This document shows positions 51,547 through 60,916 of a stretch of DNA of 64,000 bases, in pieces. The DNA comes from Tepidisphaera sp. (lineage in GTDB: Bacteria > Planctomycetota > Phycisphaerae > Phycisphaerales > UBA1924): assembly GCA_050916045.1 (NCBI GenBank), contig CP051526.1, positions 1,312,001 to 1,376,000 on the forward strand, written 5' to 3'. The notes below the pieces were generated by a model. That model ran no database searches and was not told the origin of the DNA. It saw only the letters and a program-made list of their open reading frames with translations. Each line of letters starts with the position of its first letter. Within the stretch, counting starts at the first letter, position 1. The translations under genes were made by a program, and so were the position numbers.

Positions 51547-53007
51547 ATGACCAGGGACCCGGTTGAAAGTCTTGAAATGTGGGCACGGATCATCCAGACC
51601 GGCTTCGTCTTCGCATTCGGTGCATGCGCCGGCTCCCTCATCAACGTCCTCGCCTACCGCATGCCCCTCGGGCTCAGCGTCGTTCACCCTCCAAGCCGCT
51701 GCCCCAGCTGCCACACCAAGCTCACCTGGCGCGAGAACATCCCCATCTTCGGCTGGCTCCTCCTCCGAGGAAAGTGCCGCTTCTGCCGAAGCAGCATCTC
51801 CCCCGAATACCCCATCGTCGAAGCTTTCGTCGCGACCCTCTTCGCGCTCTTCTACATCCTCTGGTACCTCCTCCCGCCGCACGGCCTCTACCCCACCCAC
51901 CAGCCCGCCGTCTGGCTCGGATTTGATTGGTCCACGCTCAAGCCCGACTGGGCGATCGGCGGCTTCTCCGCTGGCTGGCCCCTCTTCGTCATGACCCTCA
52001 TCATGGTGGGCTCGCTCGTCGCGATGACCCTCTGCGATGCGCGGACCTACATGATCCCGCTCCAACTCGCGTGGGCACCCGGCATCGTCGGCGTCATCGC
52101 CCACACCGGCTGGGCCCTCTGGCTCCAACTTCAGAACCGCACCCTCGTCAAGGTCGAACCCGGCTGGACCTGGGCCCTGGCTTCGCCCGGAGCAACCCCC
52201 GCCGGCGGTGGATGGTGGATGGTCGGAGCGTCCTTCGGCGGCGTCCTCGGCCTTCTGATCGGAAACGCCCTCGTCTCTTATGGCCTCATCCGCCGCAGCT
52301 TCGCCGACTACCAAGCCTGGGAAGACTCCGTCCGCCCCAAGCCCAAGCCCGTCCCGGGAATCTGCGGCGCCCCGCCCCGGCCAGACCCAGATGCCACCCC
52401 CGCCGCAGCCGAGCAGCCCGCCACGCCCGCCCCCAAAGCGGACGCCACCCCGGCCGATTTCTGGCTCGATTACCCCCACGCCCGCCGCGAGATGTTCAAG
52501 GAGCTCTGCTTCCTCGCCCCCGCAATCTCCCTCGCCATCATCGGCGGCTGGCTCGCCATGCAGTGGTGGGGCGGTCCGGCTCCCGGCCCCATCGCGGCAA
52601 GCCCACTCGCCGGCCTTGCCGCCGCCAACCCCATCCCTCTCTGGCTCGACGCCCTCACCGGCTCCCTCTTCGGCATGCTCATCGGCGGCGGCGTCGTCTG
52701 GCTCGTCCGCCTCCTCGGAAGCCTCGCGTTCGGCAAGGAAGCCCTCGGCCTCGGCGACGTCCATCTCATGGCCGGCGTCGGTGCCTGCCTCGGTTGGATC
52801 GACGCCACCTTCGCCTTCTTCGGCTCCGCTTTCGTCGGCCTCGCCATCACCCTCGCCGGCATGATCGTCCGCGGCAAAGCCAACCGCGCCCTGCCCCTTG
52901 GACCCTGCCTCGCCATCGCGACGATCCTCGTCGTGCTCGGCAAGGTCTTCATCGAACGCGGCATCGACCGGATCGCCCCGGCGCTGGCACCCTTCCACAT
53001 CCCCTAG
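51547..53007 (+). CDS. pilD: Prepilin peptidase (A24)
   Basis: GSLINVLAYRMP, SRCPSC, GKCRFC, LGLGDVHL, LPLGPCL. Confidence 0.9.
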   Translation: MTRDPVESLEMWARIIQTGFVFAFGACAGSLINVLAYRMPLGLSVVHPPSRCPSCHTKLTWRENIPIFGWLLLRGKCRFCRSSISPEYPIVEAFVATLFALFYILWYLLPPHGLYPTHQPAVWLGFDWSTLKPDWAIGGFSAGWPLFVMTLIMVGSLVAMTLCDARTYMIPLQLAWAPGIVGVIAHTGWALWLQLQNRTLVKVEPGWTWALASPGATPAGGGWWMVGASFGGVLGLLIGNALVSYGLIRRSFADYQAWEDSVRPKPKPVPGICGAPPRPDPDATPAAAEQPATPAPKADATPADFWLDYPHARREMFKELCFLAPAISLAIIGGWLAMQWWGGPAPGPIAASPLAGLAAANPIPLWLDALTGSLFGMLIGGGVVWLVRLLGSLAFGKEALGLGDVHLMAGVGACLGWIDATFAFFGSAFVGLAITLAGMIVRGKANRALPLGPCLAIATILVVLGKVFIERGIDRIAPALAPFHIP

Positions 53008-53170
53008 CGTGCAACCCCGCCCGGACTTGAAATAATCGCAAGATCATGGGCCCGGGTACGGGAAAATCGTCCGACGTGCCGATACACTGTGCGCGCGTCG
53101 GATGGAAAGTGCCGCGATGGATGCACGGCGACGACGCGAGCCCTCGAATCTCAACCCCCGGGAGGGAAAC

Positions 53171-53773
53171 ATGGCTGGTATGAAGTGGTCTCGTTGCGTC
53201 GGTCTGGTCGCTGTCCTCGGTCTCTCCGCTCTCCTGGGCGCCTGCGGTCCTTCCAAGACCGAGCTCGCCGCCCGCGAAGAAAACGAAATGCTCCGCGCCC
53301 AGAACGCGGAAATGTCCACCAAGGTCTCCGGCCTTGAGAGCAGCGTCAGCGCCCTCAACAGCAAGGTCGACACCCTCGCCGCCCGCCCCGTCGCCGAGCC
53401 CGGCCCCTCCGGCGGCAACAACTTTGACCGCCCAAACACGCCCTCCCGCGCCGAGCGCCGCGTCGACCTGGGCATCAACCTCTTCCCCTCGGGCTCTGAC
53501 CAGCTGACCCCCACCGGCAAGAAAGCCGTCGACTCGGCCGTCCGCAACATCTCCAAGGGCGCCAGCATCACCGTCGAAGGCTTCGCCGACTCGACCCCCA
53601 TCCGCAAGAGCAAGTTCGCCTCCAACCAGGCTCTCAGCGAAGCCCGGGCCAAGTCCGTCGCCGCCTATCTCCGCTCCAAGGGCTTCAGCATCGCCGACAC
53701 CGTCGGCTACGGCTCCGTCTCCCGCAACGGCAAAGCCCCCAGCCGCCGCGTCGAGCTCGTGGTCGCCGAGTAA
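53171..53773 (+). CDS. OmpA/MotB-like peptidoglycan-binding lipoprotein
   Basis: LGAC lipobox, coiled coil, VEGFADS, NQALSEARAKSV, RRVELV. Confidence 0.9.
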   Translation: MAGMKWSRCVGLVAVLGLSALLGACGPSKTELAAREENEMLRAQNAEMSTKVSGLESSVSALNSKVDTLAARPVAEPGPSGGNNFDRPNTPSRAERRVDLGINLFPSGSDQLTPTGKKAVDSAVRNISKGASITVEGFADSTPIRKSKFASNQALSEARAKSVAAYLRSKGFSIADTVGYGSVSRNGKAPSRRVELVVAE

Positions 53774-53816
53774 ACAAGCCCCAGCAAGTAAGCTGGATTC
53801 CAGCCTCTGACCGATG

Positions 53817-53851
53817 AAAGCACCCGCTCCCGAGCGGGTGCTTTTTCTTTT
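53817..53851 (+). terminator. Rho-independent terminator
   Basis: AAAGCACCCGCTC-CC-GAGCGGGTGCTTTTTCTTTT. Confidence 0.85.
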
Positions 53852-53904
53852 CCGCCCAGCCCACACCCCCCCGCTCAAGGCCCCCCGCCCTACCATGCCC
53901 GACC

Positions 53905-54651
53905 ATGAAGCATGCTGAACGTGTCGTGATCTACGCCGGCCTTGGACTCTGCCTCGCGCTCGCCGCCGGTTTCCCCGGCCCCGGCGCCGTCGCCACCGCA
54001 AGCCGCCCGGCCACCGTCGAGCCCAAGCCCGTCCGTATCGCCACCCTCGACCTCGGCAAGCTCATCGTCGATCAGTACCAGCTCAACGAGTCCTACAAAG
54101 CCGCTCGCGCCGCCGAAGAAGCCAAAATGAAGCCGCTCCAGGACCTCCTCCTGGGCATGCGCACCCGCCTCGAGAAGCTCGACCAGAAATCCCCCGAATT
54201 CCAGGCCGAAATCCCCATCTACCAAGCCAAGGTCCAGGAGCTCCAGGAGGTCGAGAACGCCGTCCAGGCCTTCTCCGCCAAGCAGGTCGCCCAGGCCACC
54301 AAGGAAATCGCCGCCGCCGCCAAGGTCGTCGCCGACGCCTCCGGCTACTCCCACGTCCTCCTCTCCCGGCCGGTGGATGCCGAGTTCCGCCTCCCCAACC
54401 CCGATGGCGCCCTCGCCGAAGCCCTCCAGCGCACCGTCCTCGTCGGCGAAGCCGGCACCGACATTACCGAAGCCGTGCGCAAGGAACTCAAGCTTCCCCC
54501 GCCCATCACCGTGACCCCCGTCGGTCCGGTCGGCCCCGCCGCCGCCCCGGCTTCCAACGTCCCGACCCCGTCCCCCGCGGCTCCCGCCGCGGCCCCTGCG
54601 GCCCCTGCGGCCACTCCGCCCGCCGCCGCCCCGGCCACTTCGCCCAAGTAG
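53905..54651 (+). CDS. OmpH/Skp family periplasmic chaperone
   Basis: RIATLDL, long coiled coil, GYSHVL, TDITEAV; Pro/Ala tail. Confidence 0.8.
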   Translation: MKHAERVVIYAGLGLCLALAAGFPGPGAVATASRPATVEPKPVRIATLDLGKLIVDQYQLNESYKAARAAEEAKMKPLQDLLLGMRTRLEKLDQKSPEFQAEIPIYQAKVQELQEVENAVQAFSAKQVAQATKEIAAAAKVVADASGYSHVLLSRPVDAEFRLPNPDGALAEALQRTVLVGEAGTDITEAVRKELKLPPPITVTPVGPVGPAAAPASNVPTPSPAAPAAAPAAPAATPPAAAPATSPK

Positions 54652-54687
54652 TCCAGCAAGGTAATCCGCCGAAGGAACGCCCCTTCC

Positions 54688-55554
54688 TTACTCGCCCGGC
54701 AGCGTGACCGTGAACTGCGACCCGCGACCGGGCTCGGAGTGGACGTCGATCTTGCCGCCGTGGGCTTCGATGAGGCGCTTGGTGGTCGAGAGCCCGAGGC
54801 CCGAGCCGCCGGGCTTGGTCGTGACATAGGGCTTGAAGATGCTCGCGATGAGCTCGGGCTTGATGCCCGGGCCGGTATCGATCACGTGGATCGTGGCGGA
54901 GGGTGTTCGCTCGCGATCGATCTGCCGCGCGGTGCGGACGATCAGCTCGCGAGGGTCGTTGCTCGTGCCGGGCGGCGGGAAAGCCTGCACCGCGTTGAGG
55001 AGCAGGTTGAGGAGGGACTGCTTGATCGCGGCGGGGTCGACGAATGCGGGGACCTTGCCGGGCGCGGTGTCGACGCGGAGGCGGACGCCGGCTTGCTCGG
55101 CTTGGGGCATGAAGAAGTCGGCCAGTTCGTGGACCAGCTCGTTGAGGTCGACGCTTTTTCGGTCGAGCTTGAGGGTGCCGGCGTACTCGAGGAAGTCCTG
55201 CAGGATGCCTTTGAGGCGTTCGGCTTCGCGGCGGAGCGAGTCGGACCGGCGGATGAGGCGGGCTTTGACGTCGGGGTCGGTGGGTGCGTCGGGTTCGATC
55301 TCGCCGGCGGCTTCGGAGATGAGCTGAGCGTTGAGGCCGATGGTGGAGAGGGGGTTCTTGATCTCGTGGGCGAGGCCGCCGGTCATGGCGCCCAGGTCGG
55401 CCATGCGTTCGGCGGCGCGGGCGCGGCGTTCGGCGGCGCGGACGCGGCGGACCGCGCGCTCGACATACCAGAGCCAGCCGAGCGAACCCGCCGCCAGCCC
55501 GAGCGCGAGCCCGAGAGCGAACCAGACGCCGGGATGCCAGGTGGCGGCGAGCAT
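54688..55554 (-). CDS. Sensor histidine kinase (single TM, HisKA + HATPase)
   Basis: [30 protein letters not shown]. Confidence 0.95.
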   Translation of the reverse strand: MLAATWHPGVWFALGLALGLAAGSLGWLWYVERAVRRVRAAERRARAAERMADLGAMTGGLAHEIKNPLSTIGLNAQLISEAAGEIEPDAPTDPDVKARLIRRSDSLRREAERLKGILQDFLEYAGTLKLDRKSVDLNELVHELADFFMPQAEQAGVRLRVDTAPGKVPAFVDPAAIKQSLLNLLLNAVQAFPPPGTSNDPRELIVRTARQIDRERTPSATIHVIDTGPGIKPELIASIFKPYVTTKPGGSGLGLSTTKRLIEAHGGKIDVHSEPGRGSQFTVTLPGE

Positions 55555-55592
55555 GGGCGGAGTTTACACGTCCTCAGTAAACGATCGGGCGG

Positions 55593-55628
55593 AAAAGAAC
55601 GGGCCGGGCGATGTCTCGCCCGGCCCGT
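55593..55628 (-). terminator. Rho-independent terminator
   Basis: ACGGGCCGGGCGA..TCGCCCGGCCCGT followed by TCTTTT on minus strand. Confidence 0.7.
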
Positions 55629-55650
55629 CGTGATTCATCGGTCGCCTTGA

Positions 55651-56772
55651 TTACTTCTTGTTCTTGGCGTCCTGGTATTCCTTCAGGGTGCCTTCGAGCT
55701 GGGACTTCATGTTGGCGTTCTTGGTGACTTCGATGGCCTTGGTCTGGATCTCGATGGCCTTGTCGGTCTCGCCCTTGATGAAGTGGATGCGGGCGACGGT
55801 GTCGAGGATCATGCCCTCTTCGTCGGTGCCCTTGGCGAACTCGGCGCCCTTGGTGGCGGCGCGGTAGGCGAGGTCGAGGTCCTTCTTCTCGATGCCGCCG
55901 TCGGGGTCGACGATGGTCCAGGCGATCTCGTTGAGCTTCATCGCGTCCTTGGAAGCGATGGCTTCGTCGGCCTGCTTGCTCATGATCTTGTAGGCTTCGG
56001 TGAACTCACCGGCGGAGAGGAGGAGGCGGAGCTTGGTGTCGCTCATGACTTCGGCGACGGCGGGGTGTTCCTTCTCGAAAGCGGTCCAGTCGGTGAGGGC
56101 ACCCTTGCCGTCCTTCTGGGCTTTGCGCATGATCTCGCCGAGGGTCTTCTCGGCGGCCTGGAGCTTGGCGGGGCTGGTCTTGATGTCCCACTTCTTGGCG
56201 ACGACGTCGGCGAGGACGGCGTCGAGCCACATGGGGTGGCCCATCCAAGCGATCTTGCTGTCCTGATCGACGACGAAAGCCGAGGGGATGCCGTTGCGGC
56301 CGGCGGCCTTCATGTAGTTGGTGTCCATCTTCTTGGCGTTGCCGTCGAACGCGACGGTGTAGGCCATGCGGTCACCCTGGGCTTTGACGAAGTCGGCGGC
56401 TTTGGCGAAGGTCTTCTCGTTGTACTCGCGGTCTTCCCAGATGTTGACGCCGATGATGGTGACGTTGTCCTTGTACTGCTTCTGGAGCTTGGAGATGTGC
56501 GGCATCGCGGCGATGCAGGGTCCGCACCAGGTGGCCCAGAACTCGACGACGTAGACGCGGCCCTTCTCAAAGCCGGTGACCTCGTTGCCCTTGAGGAACT
56601 TCTCAACCTCGAGCGCCGGAGCGGCGTCGCCGATGGCGAGCTTGGCGGTGGGCTGGGCCTTCTTCTCCGTGGCGGGAGCGGCCGGGGCGGCGGGGGCCGC
56701 GGGCTTGTCCTGGGCGAGGGCGGAACCGGCGAACATCATCAGAGCGGCGATCGAGAGCGTCCGTTTCAACAT
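55651..56772 (-). CDS. TlpA-family thioredoxin-like protein with TPR-like C-terminus
   Basis: Signal peptide; VEFWATWCGPC, GIPSAF; LNEIAW..LDTVAR. Confidence 0.92.
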   Translation of the reverse strand: MLKRTLSIAALMMFAGSALAQDKPAAPAAPAAPATEKKAQPTAKLAIGDAAPALEVEKFLKGNEVTGFEKGRVYVVEFWATWCGPCIAAMPHISKLQKQYKDNVTIIGVNIWEDREYNEKTFAKAADFVKAQGDRMAYTVAFDGNAKKMDTNYMKAAGRNGIPSAFVVDQDSKIAWMGHPMWLDAVLADVVAKKWDIKTSPAKLQAAEKTLGEIMRKAQKDGKGALTDWTAFEKEHPAVAEVMSDTKLRLLLSAGEFTEAYKIMSKQADEAIASKDAMKLNEIAWTIVDPDGGIEKKDLDLAYRAATKGAEFAKGTDEEGMILDTVARIHFIKGETDKAIEIQTKAIEVTKNANMKSQLEGTLKEYQDAKNKK

Positions 56773-56973
56773 GGCAGGCCTCCTTCAGGCATATGGGACG
56801 CTCGCCGGACCGAACCGGGTCCGGAAAGCGTCTGGGTATGTTAGGGAGATCGGCTGGGGAGGGGTTGGAGGGGGAAAAACGGGGGGGGGGGAGGAGTTGC
56901 CGTGGACGCAAGATACGGATGGGGCGAAGTATGCGCGGCCCTCGTCAGGGCCGCGCATGGTCGGGAACAGTCG

Positions 56974-58804
56974 TTACCAGCCACACCCCGTTTCATACGC
57001 GACAACGAAGGCGTCGTAGTCGAAGAAGTCGATGAAGTTGTCGCCGTTGAAGTCCGCCGACGGGTGACCGGTTTCGTACGCCGCGAGGAAATCGTCGAAG
57101 TCGAAGAAGTCGATGAAGACGTCCATGTTGAAGTCCGCCGCGCAGCCGCCCCAACGGATGCAGTTCTGGGGCGGGGTCGGGTCGACATCGTCGGCGATTC
57201 CGTCACGGTCGCAGTCTTCTAGAATCGTGAAGTCGATGGTCTTGGGGACCACGGGAACAAGCGTGCTCCCGCCCACTAAGCTGTACACACCGCTCGACCC
57301 GATGTTCACGCGGTACTGCCACCCCGCCGGCGTGGGGTAGAGCGGGCGGCTGCCCTTGCCCTTGATGCGGATGAATCGGCCCTGCAACGTGGGCTGGTCG
57401 CTGCAATCCATGAACACGTCGACCATGCTGTTGATGACCGTGACGGTGTTCGAGGGCGAAACCAGTTCAACCTGGAAGGGGAGGGCTTGCGGGACGCACT
57501 GGCCGTTGACGGTGACGCCGGGCGTGAAGACGTTCCCGTAGAACGCGAGTTCGAGCCCGGGGGCGATGCCGTTGTTGGGGAGATTGCCGCCCTGATTGAA
57601 GAGCCCTTGCGCGAGCGAAGTGGGACCGGAATCGGCCTCGTAGTGGTTGAAGGGTGCGACCGCGACGCGTCCGCCGCCCAGGCTGCTGCTGGATTGTGCG
57701 TAGGCGGGTTTGGGCGCGAGCGTGGTGCCGCCGACCGTGACCGCGCCGGCCCACGTGCCGCCCATGAAGATGACACCCGTGAGACCGTTTGCTCCGAGTG
57801 CGATCGTGCCGCCGGTCTGACCTCCGCCGATGTAGACGTTTCCGATGGCGGGCGTGTTGATGTTCTTGCTGAGCGTGTTCTTGATGAGAAGGCCTGCAGC
57901 CAGTGGCGCGGTGCACTGGATTCCCGGGCCGACACCTCCGGACATCGTGTTGCAGACGATACTCCCGCGGATTGAGTTGGCGGAAAGCGAGGAAATGTTC
58001 CCCGGTTCGTTCACGAGGGAGTTGTTTCCCGCCGTGATGTTCGCGTTGATCGAAGAGGCTGAGATCGTACCGATGTTCTTGTTGGAGGAGATGCTGATGA
58101 CTGACCCGGTGGAAGGTCCGATTGTTCCCGTCGGACTGAGCACGTTCTGGATGTCGCCCGCCGCGCCGATGGAGCCCAGTATGCTTCCGAACTCACTTCT
58201 GAGAAGATCGACCTGACCCGTGTTCGCGAATCCTGAAATGCCGAAGGAAGAAATGCCGGCGTAGATGTTTCCGTTGACGCGCATGACCTTGATGTCGTGC
58301 ACTTGAACTGCGTTCAGCGAGTTGAGCCCGCCTCCAGTGCCATCCCCAAGTCGCCCATCCACCGTGTTCCCGCTCCCATCGTCCATCGTCCCGAGAATCT
58401 CGAGAAGTTCAACAGCAGAGGTGCCGTTGGGAAAGAAGGGGTCAGGTCTGTGAATGATCTCGCCGACAAATCCGACACTGGCCGTCGGAATCGATGCGGC
58501 ACCCCGGACTGTGACACTCACCATGTTTCCCAAGTTCAGGTTTCGAGGGTAGATGTGGATGCGATTGAGTCGGACATTGGGAACCAGCGCTTCGACACAG
58601 ATCTGTCCGCCATCCGAGCGGATGTCGATGTCGTAGCCGCCATTCTCAGACGGCGTGATGCCCGGAACTCCCCAAAGCACTCCGCCACAGGAAACAACTC
58701 GGACATCCTGCGCGGAAGCCGTGCCCGACCATGCAACAAGTGCTGCGGCCGTCAAGCTAACACGAACCGGACCCCCCCCCTAACGAATTGATCAGACGCT
58801 TCAT
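56974..58804 (-). CDS. Secreted protein with GC-type dockerin-like tag; probable true start at 58804 is frameshifted at a G9 tract (open frame 56974..58755)
   Basis: CAADFNMDVFIDFFDFD..ADFNGDNFIDFFDYD..ETGCGW; ATG 58804 with AAGGA SD joins the frame if the G run at 58772-58780 is 8 long. Confidence 0.7.
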
Positions 58805-59789
58805 CTTTGTTCCTTCTGCGAATGAACCATCCAGAAGCAGCAAGAGCGGCGAACGTCACCACCCCAGGCCCCGGAACCGCAGAGGCTACCCGAAATCCGG
58901 CACCAAGGCCGAGCACGCCGAATGAACTTTCGGTGGTGATGAGCTCGCCATGTTCCAGAAAGTTGTCGCCCGCAAAGGTTCCGCGAAGGATGCGTCCGGA
59001 ACGGTCCCCTGTTCGAGAGAGACTTTCGGTCATCTCCGAAACACCTCCGGAAACATCCAAGAGCCCCCACGGTGAGAGGGCGTTGGGGAACTGTCCGACG
59101 GGGCCGGGTTCCCCCACGCTGCCTGCTTCGCCAGCGTTGGTCGTCACGCCGGAGATCGGGACCGAGTCGCTGCTGTTGGGGTACACCCAGTAGCCGCCCT
59201 GACCCTCACCAAAACGGTTGGGGTCGTAGAAGGCGGCTTTGACCCATTCGTCGACGCTTGGAATCCAGAACTTGGCGTCGGGATTGCGGGCTTCCTGGTG
59301 GTAGGACGCTCCGCCGGGTCCGGGGTCGCGATAGAACGTCGAGGTGTCGTAGGCTCCGTTCTCGAAGGCCCAGGCTTCGCTCACCTTGCCGTTGTGAAGC
59401 CAGTTGCAGTAGCGGGCGGCGAACTCGAAGCCAACTTGGGTGGGCCAGCGGTCAAATTCAGCGGGCATCTCGTACGTGGAGCCGTTCCAGAACGAGAGCG
59501 TGCCGGAAAACGCGACGTTGACGCGGCTTCCTTGGAGGTGGGGTGCGTAGGCGAGGACGAACTCGTGCCACTGTCCGCCGGTGATCTCGGTGCGACCGAT
59601 GCGGTACTCGTATTCGACTCGGCCTTCGGCCGCGCGGCCGGACTGGAAGCCGCCCGGGGGTGCGTAGGCGGCGTTGCCGGGGTCTCCCACGCGGACGAAG
59701 TCGATGCCGTAGGACGGCGGCTCGCCTTGGGCGAGCGATGTGGAGGAGAGGCCGAGAACAAGGGGGAGGATGGCGAAGGAATGACGCAT
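58752..59789 (-). CDS. Formylglycine-generating-enzyme-like (SUMF1) domain protein with PEP-CTERM-like tail
   Basis: VGDPGN, IGRTEIT, AARYCNWL, PSVDEWVKAA, DVSGGVSE, GFRVAS then VPGPG-hydrophobic-RRR. Confidence 0.85.
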   Translation of the reverse strand: MRHSFAILPLVLGLSSTSLAQGEPPSYGIDFVRVGDPGNAAYAPPGGFQSGRAAEGRVEYEYRIGRTEITGGQWHEFVLAYAPHLQGSRVNVAFSGTLSFWNGSTYEMPAEFDRWPTQVGFEFAARYCNWLHNGKVSEAWAFENGAYDTSTFYRDPGPGGASYHQEARNPDAKFWIPSVDEWVKAAFYDPNRFGEGQGGYWVYPNSSDSVPISGVTTNAGEAGSVGEPGPVGQFPNALSPWGLLDVSGGVSEMTESLSRTGDRSGRILRGTFAGDNFLEHGELITTESSFGVLGLGAGFRVASAVPGPGVVTFAALAASGWFIRRRNKDEASDQFVRGGVRFVLA

Positions 59790-59916
59790 AAGCGGCTCCG
59801 AGAGGACGACTGGAGTCAATATGCACCATGAATGGACGGAGTTCCACCCGTGGAGCTGAATTTCACGGCTTGAGCGCTTGGTGGTGGCCGGTGGGACATG
59901 GTGGACCATCGAAGAA

Positions 59917-59976
59917 CCCCTCATCCGCCGCTGGCGCGGCACCCTTTTCCCCGTGAAGCACGGGGAGAAGGAGGGG
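59917..59976 (+). repeat. Hairpin repeat family 3, copy 1
   Basis: CCCCTCATCCGCCGCTGGCGCGGCACC(C)TT(T/C)TCCCCGTGAAGCACGGGGAGAAGGAGGG; near-identical at 62646. Confidence 0.9.
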
Positions 59977-59979
59977 ATG

Positions 59980-60558
59980 TCATCCGCTGGCGCGGGGAGT
60001 GGTTCGCGTCGATGCGGGGTGGGAGGTCAGTGCGGGGGTGGTGATGACGAGGGCGGGAGTGAGGTTGGGCGCGGGAAGTGGCGGGTGGAGGGATGTGGTG
60101 CGGGGAGTACTCGCGGGTGTGGTGTCGGGCGAAGAAGTTGCGGGAGTCGGGGTTGTGGTGGGATTGGGGGTTGTTGTGGGTTGTTGGGTTTGGGCGGGAT
60201 CTCCCTTGCTGGCGCTGCGGGCTCGTTGAGGCGGCGCCAGCATGATGGTGGTGAGTCGGGCGAGGGCGGTGGCGGCGCGGCGGGTCTCGATGGTGCTTGG
60301 CGCATCCATGATGCACTGGTGGAGGAAGCCGACCGCGCCGGCTTGGTGTTGGCGGGCGAGGATGCGCTGGTGACGAGTTTGCATCTGCTCGAAGGCTTCG
60401 AGGGTTTTGCGGACGGTTTCGTCTTCGGAGAAAGCGAGGAACTGAGCGGGCGTGAGCTCGTGCTTGGCGATGAGGTCCTCGATGCGGAAGTTGAGCTCGA
60501 AGAGATCGGCGAGGAGGGCTTCGTGTGAGGGTGGTTGCTTGCGCGCGGAGGTGCTCAT
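59980..60558 (-). CDS. Hypothetical protein with in-frame family-1 REP and Pro/Thr-rich tail
   Basis: Helical N-terminal 105 aa; REP at 60203-60226 read as RARSASKG; low-complexity afterwards. Confidence 0.55.
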   Translation of the reverse strand: MSTSARKQPPSHEALLADLFELNFRIEDLIAKHELTPAQFLAFSEDETVRKTLEAFEQMQTRHQRILARQHQAGAVGFLHQCIMDAPSTIETRRAATALARLTTIMLAPPQRARSASKGDPAQTQQPTTTPNPTTTPTPATSSPDTTPASTPRTTSLHPPLPAPNLTPALVITTPALTSHPASTRTTPRASG

Positions 60559-60696
60559 GCGAGAGCAATCACGCGCGAGGGGATTGTCTTTCGGCGGGTT
60601 CGCGAGGTGGACGCGCGGTGACCGGGGATGTGCGCACGGGGGTGGGGAGTGTGGGGAGTTTTGTGGGAGAATCGTGTGAGGGTGGATCGCGGGTGT

Positions 60697-60779
60697 CGCC
60701 CCGTTGGGGCTTGGCGGGAGCCGTGGGCGAGACCCAGGCCTGACGGCCTGGGCTTTCTTCTTGGGCCCCGTTGGGGCCG
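60697..60779. repeat. REP-like half element related to family 2
   Basis: GCCCCGTTGGGGC twice flanking CCCAGGCCTGACGGCCTGGGCT. Confidence 0.65.
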
Positions 60780-60916
60780 GTCCTTCGCGAGGGTGCTTCG
60801 TGCTGCGCGGGAGGGACGGTGAGTGCGGAGGACGAACGAAGACCCCTCATCCCTGCCGAAGCGGCGGGGACAAGGGGGAATCGGTATGCTCTTGTCCTTC
60901 GGACAGGAGATCACAC

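Noticed and set aside
54652..54687. Replication origin at the skew flip
   Set aside because: Only 36 bp between convergent genes; no DnaA boxes, AT-rich unwinding element or dnaA/dnaN nearby
56881..56891. Poly-G run as a phase-variable element
   Set aside because: Intergenic within a generally G-rich tract, with no identifiable promoter elements spanning it
58752..59789. Diversity-generating retroelement target
   Set aside because: No reverse transcriptase and no template repeat differing at adenines seen in the window
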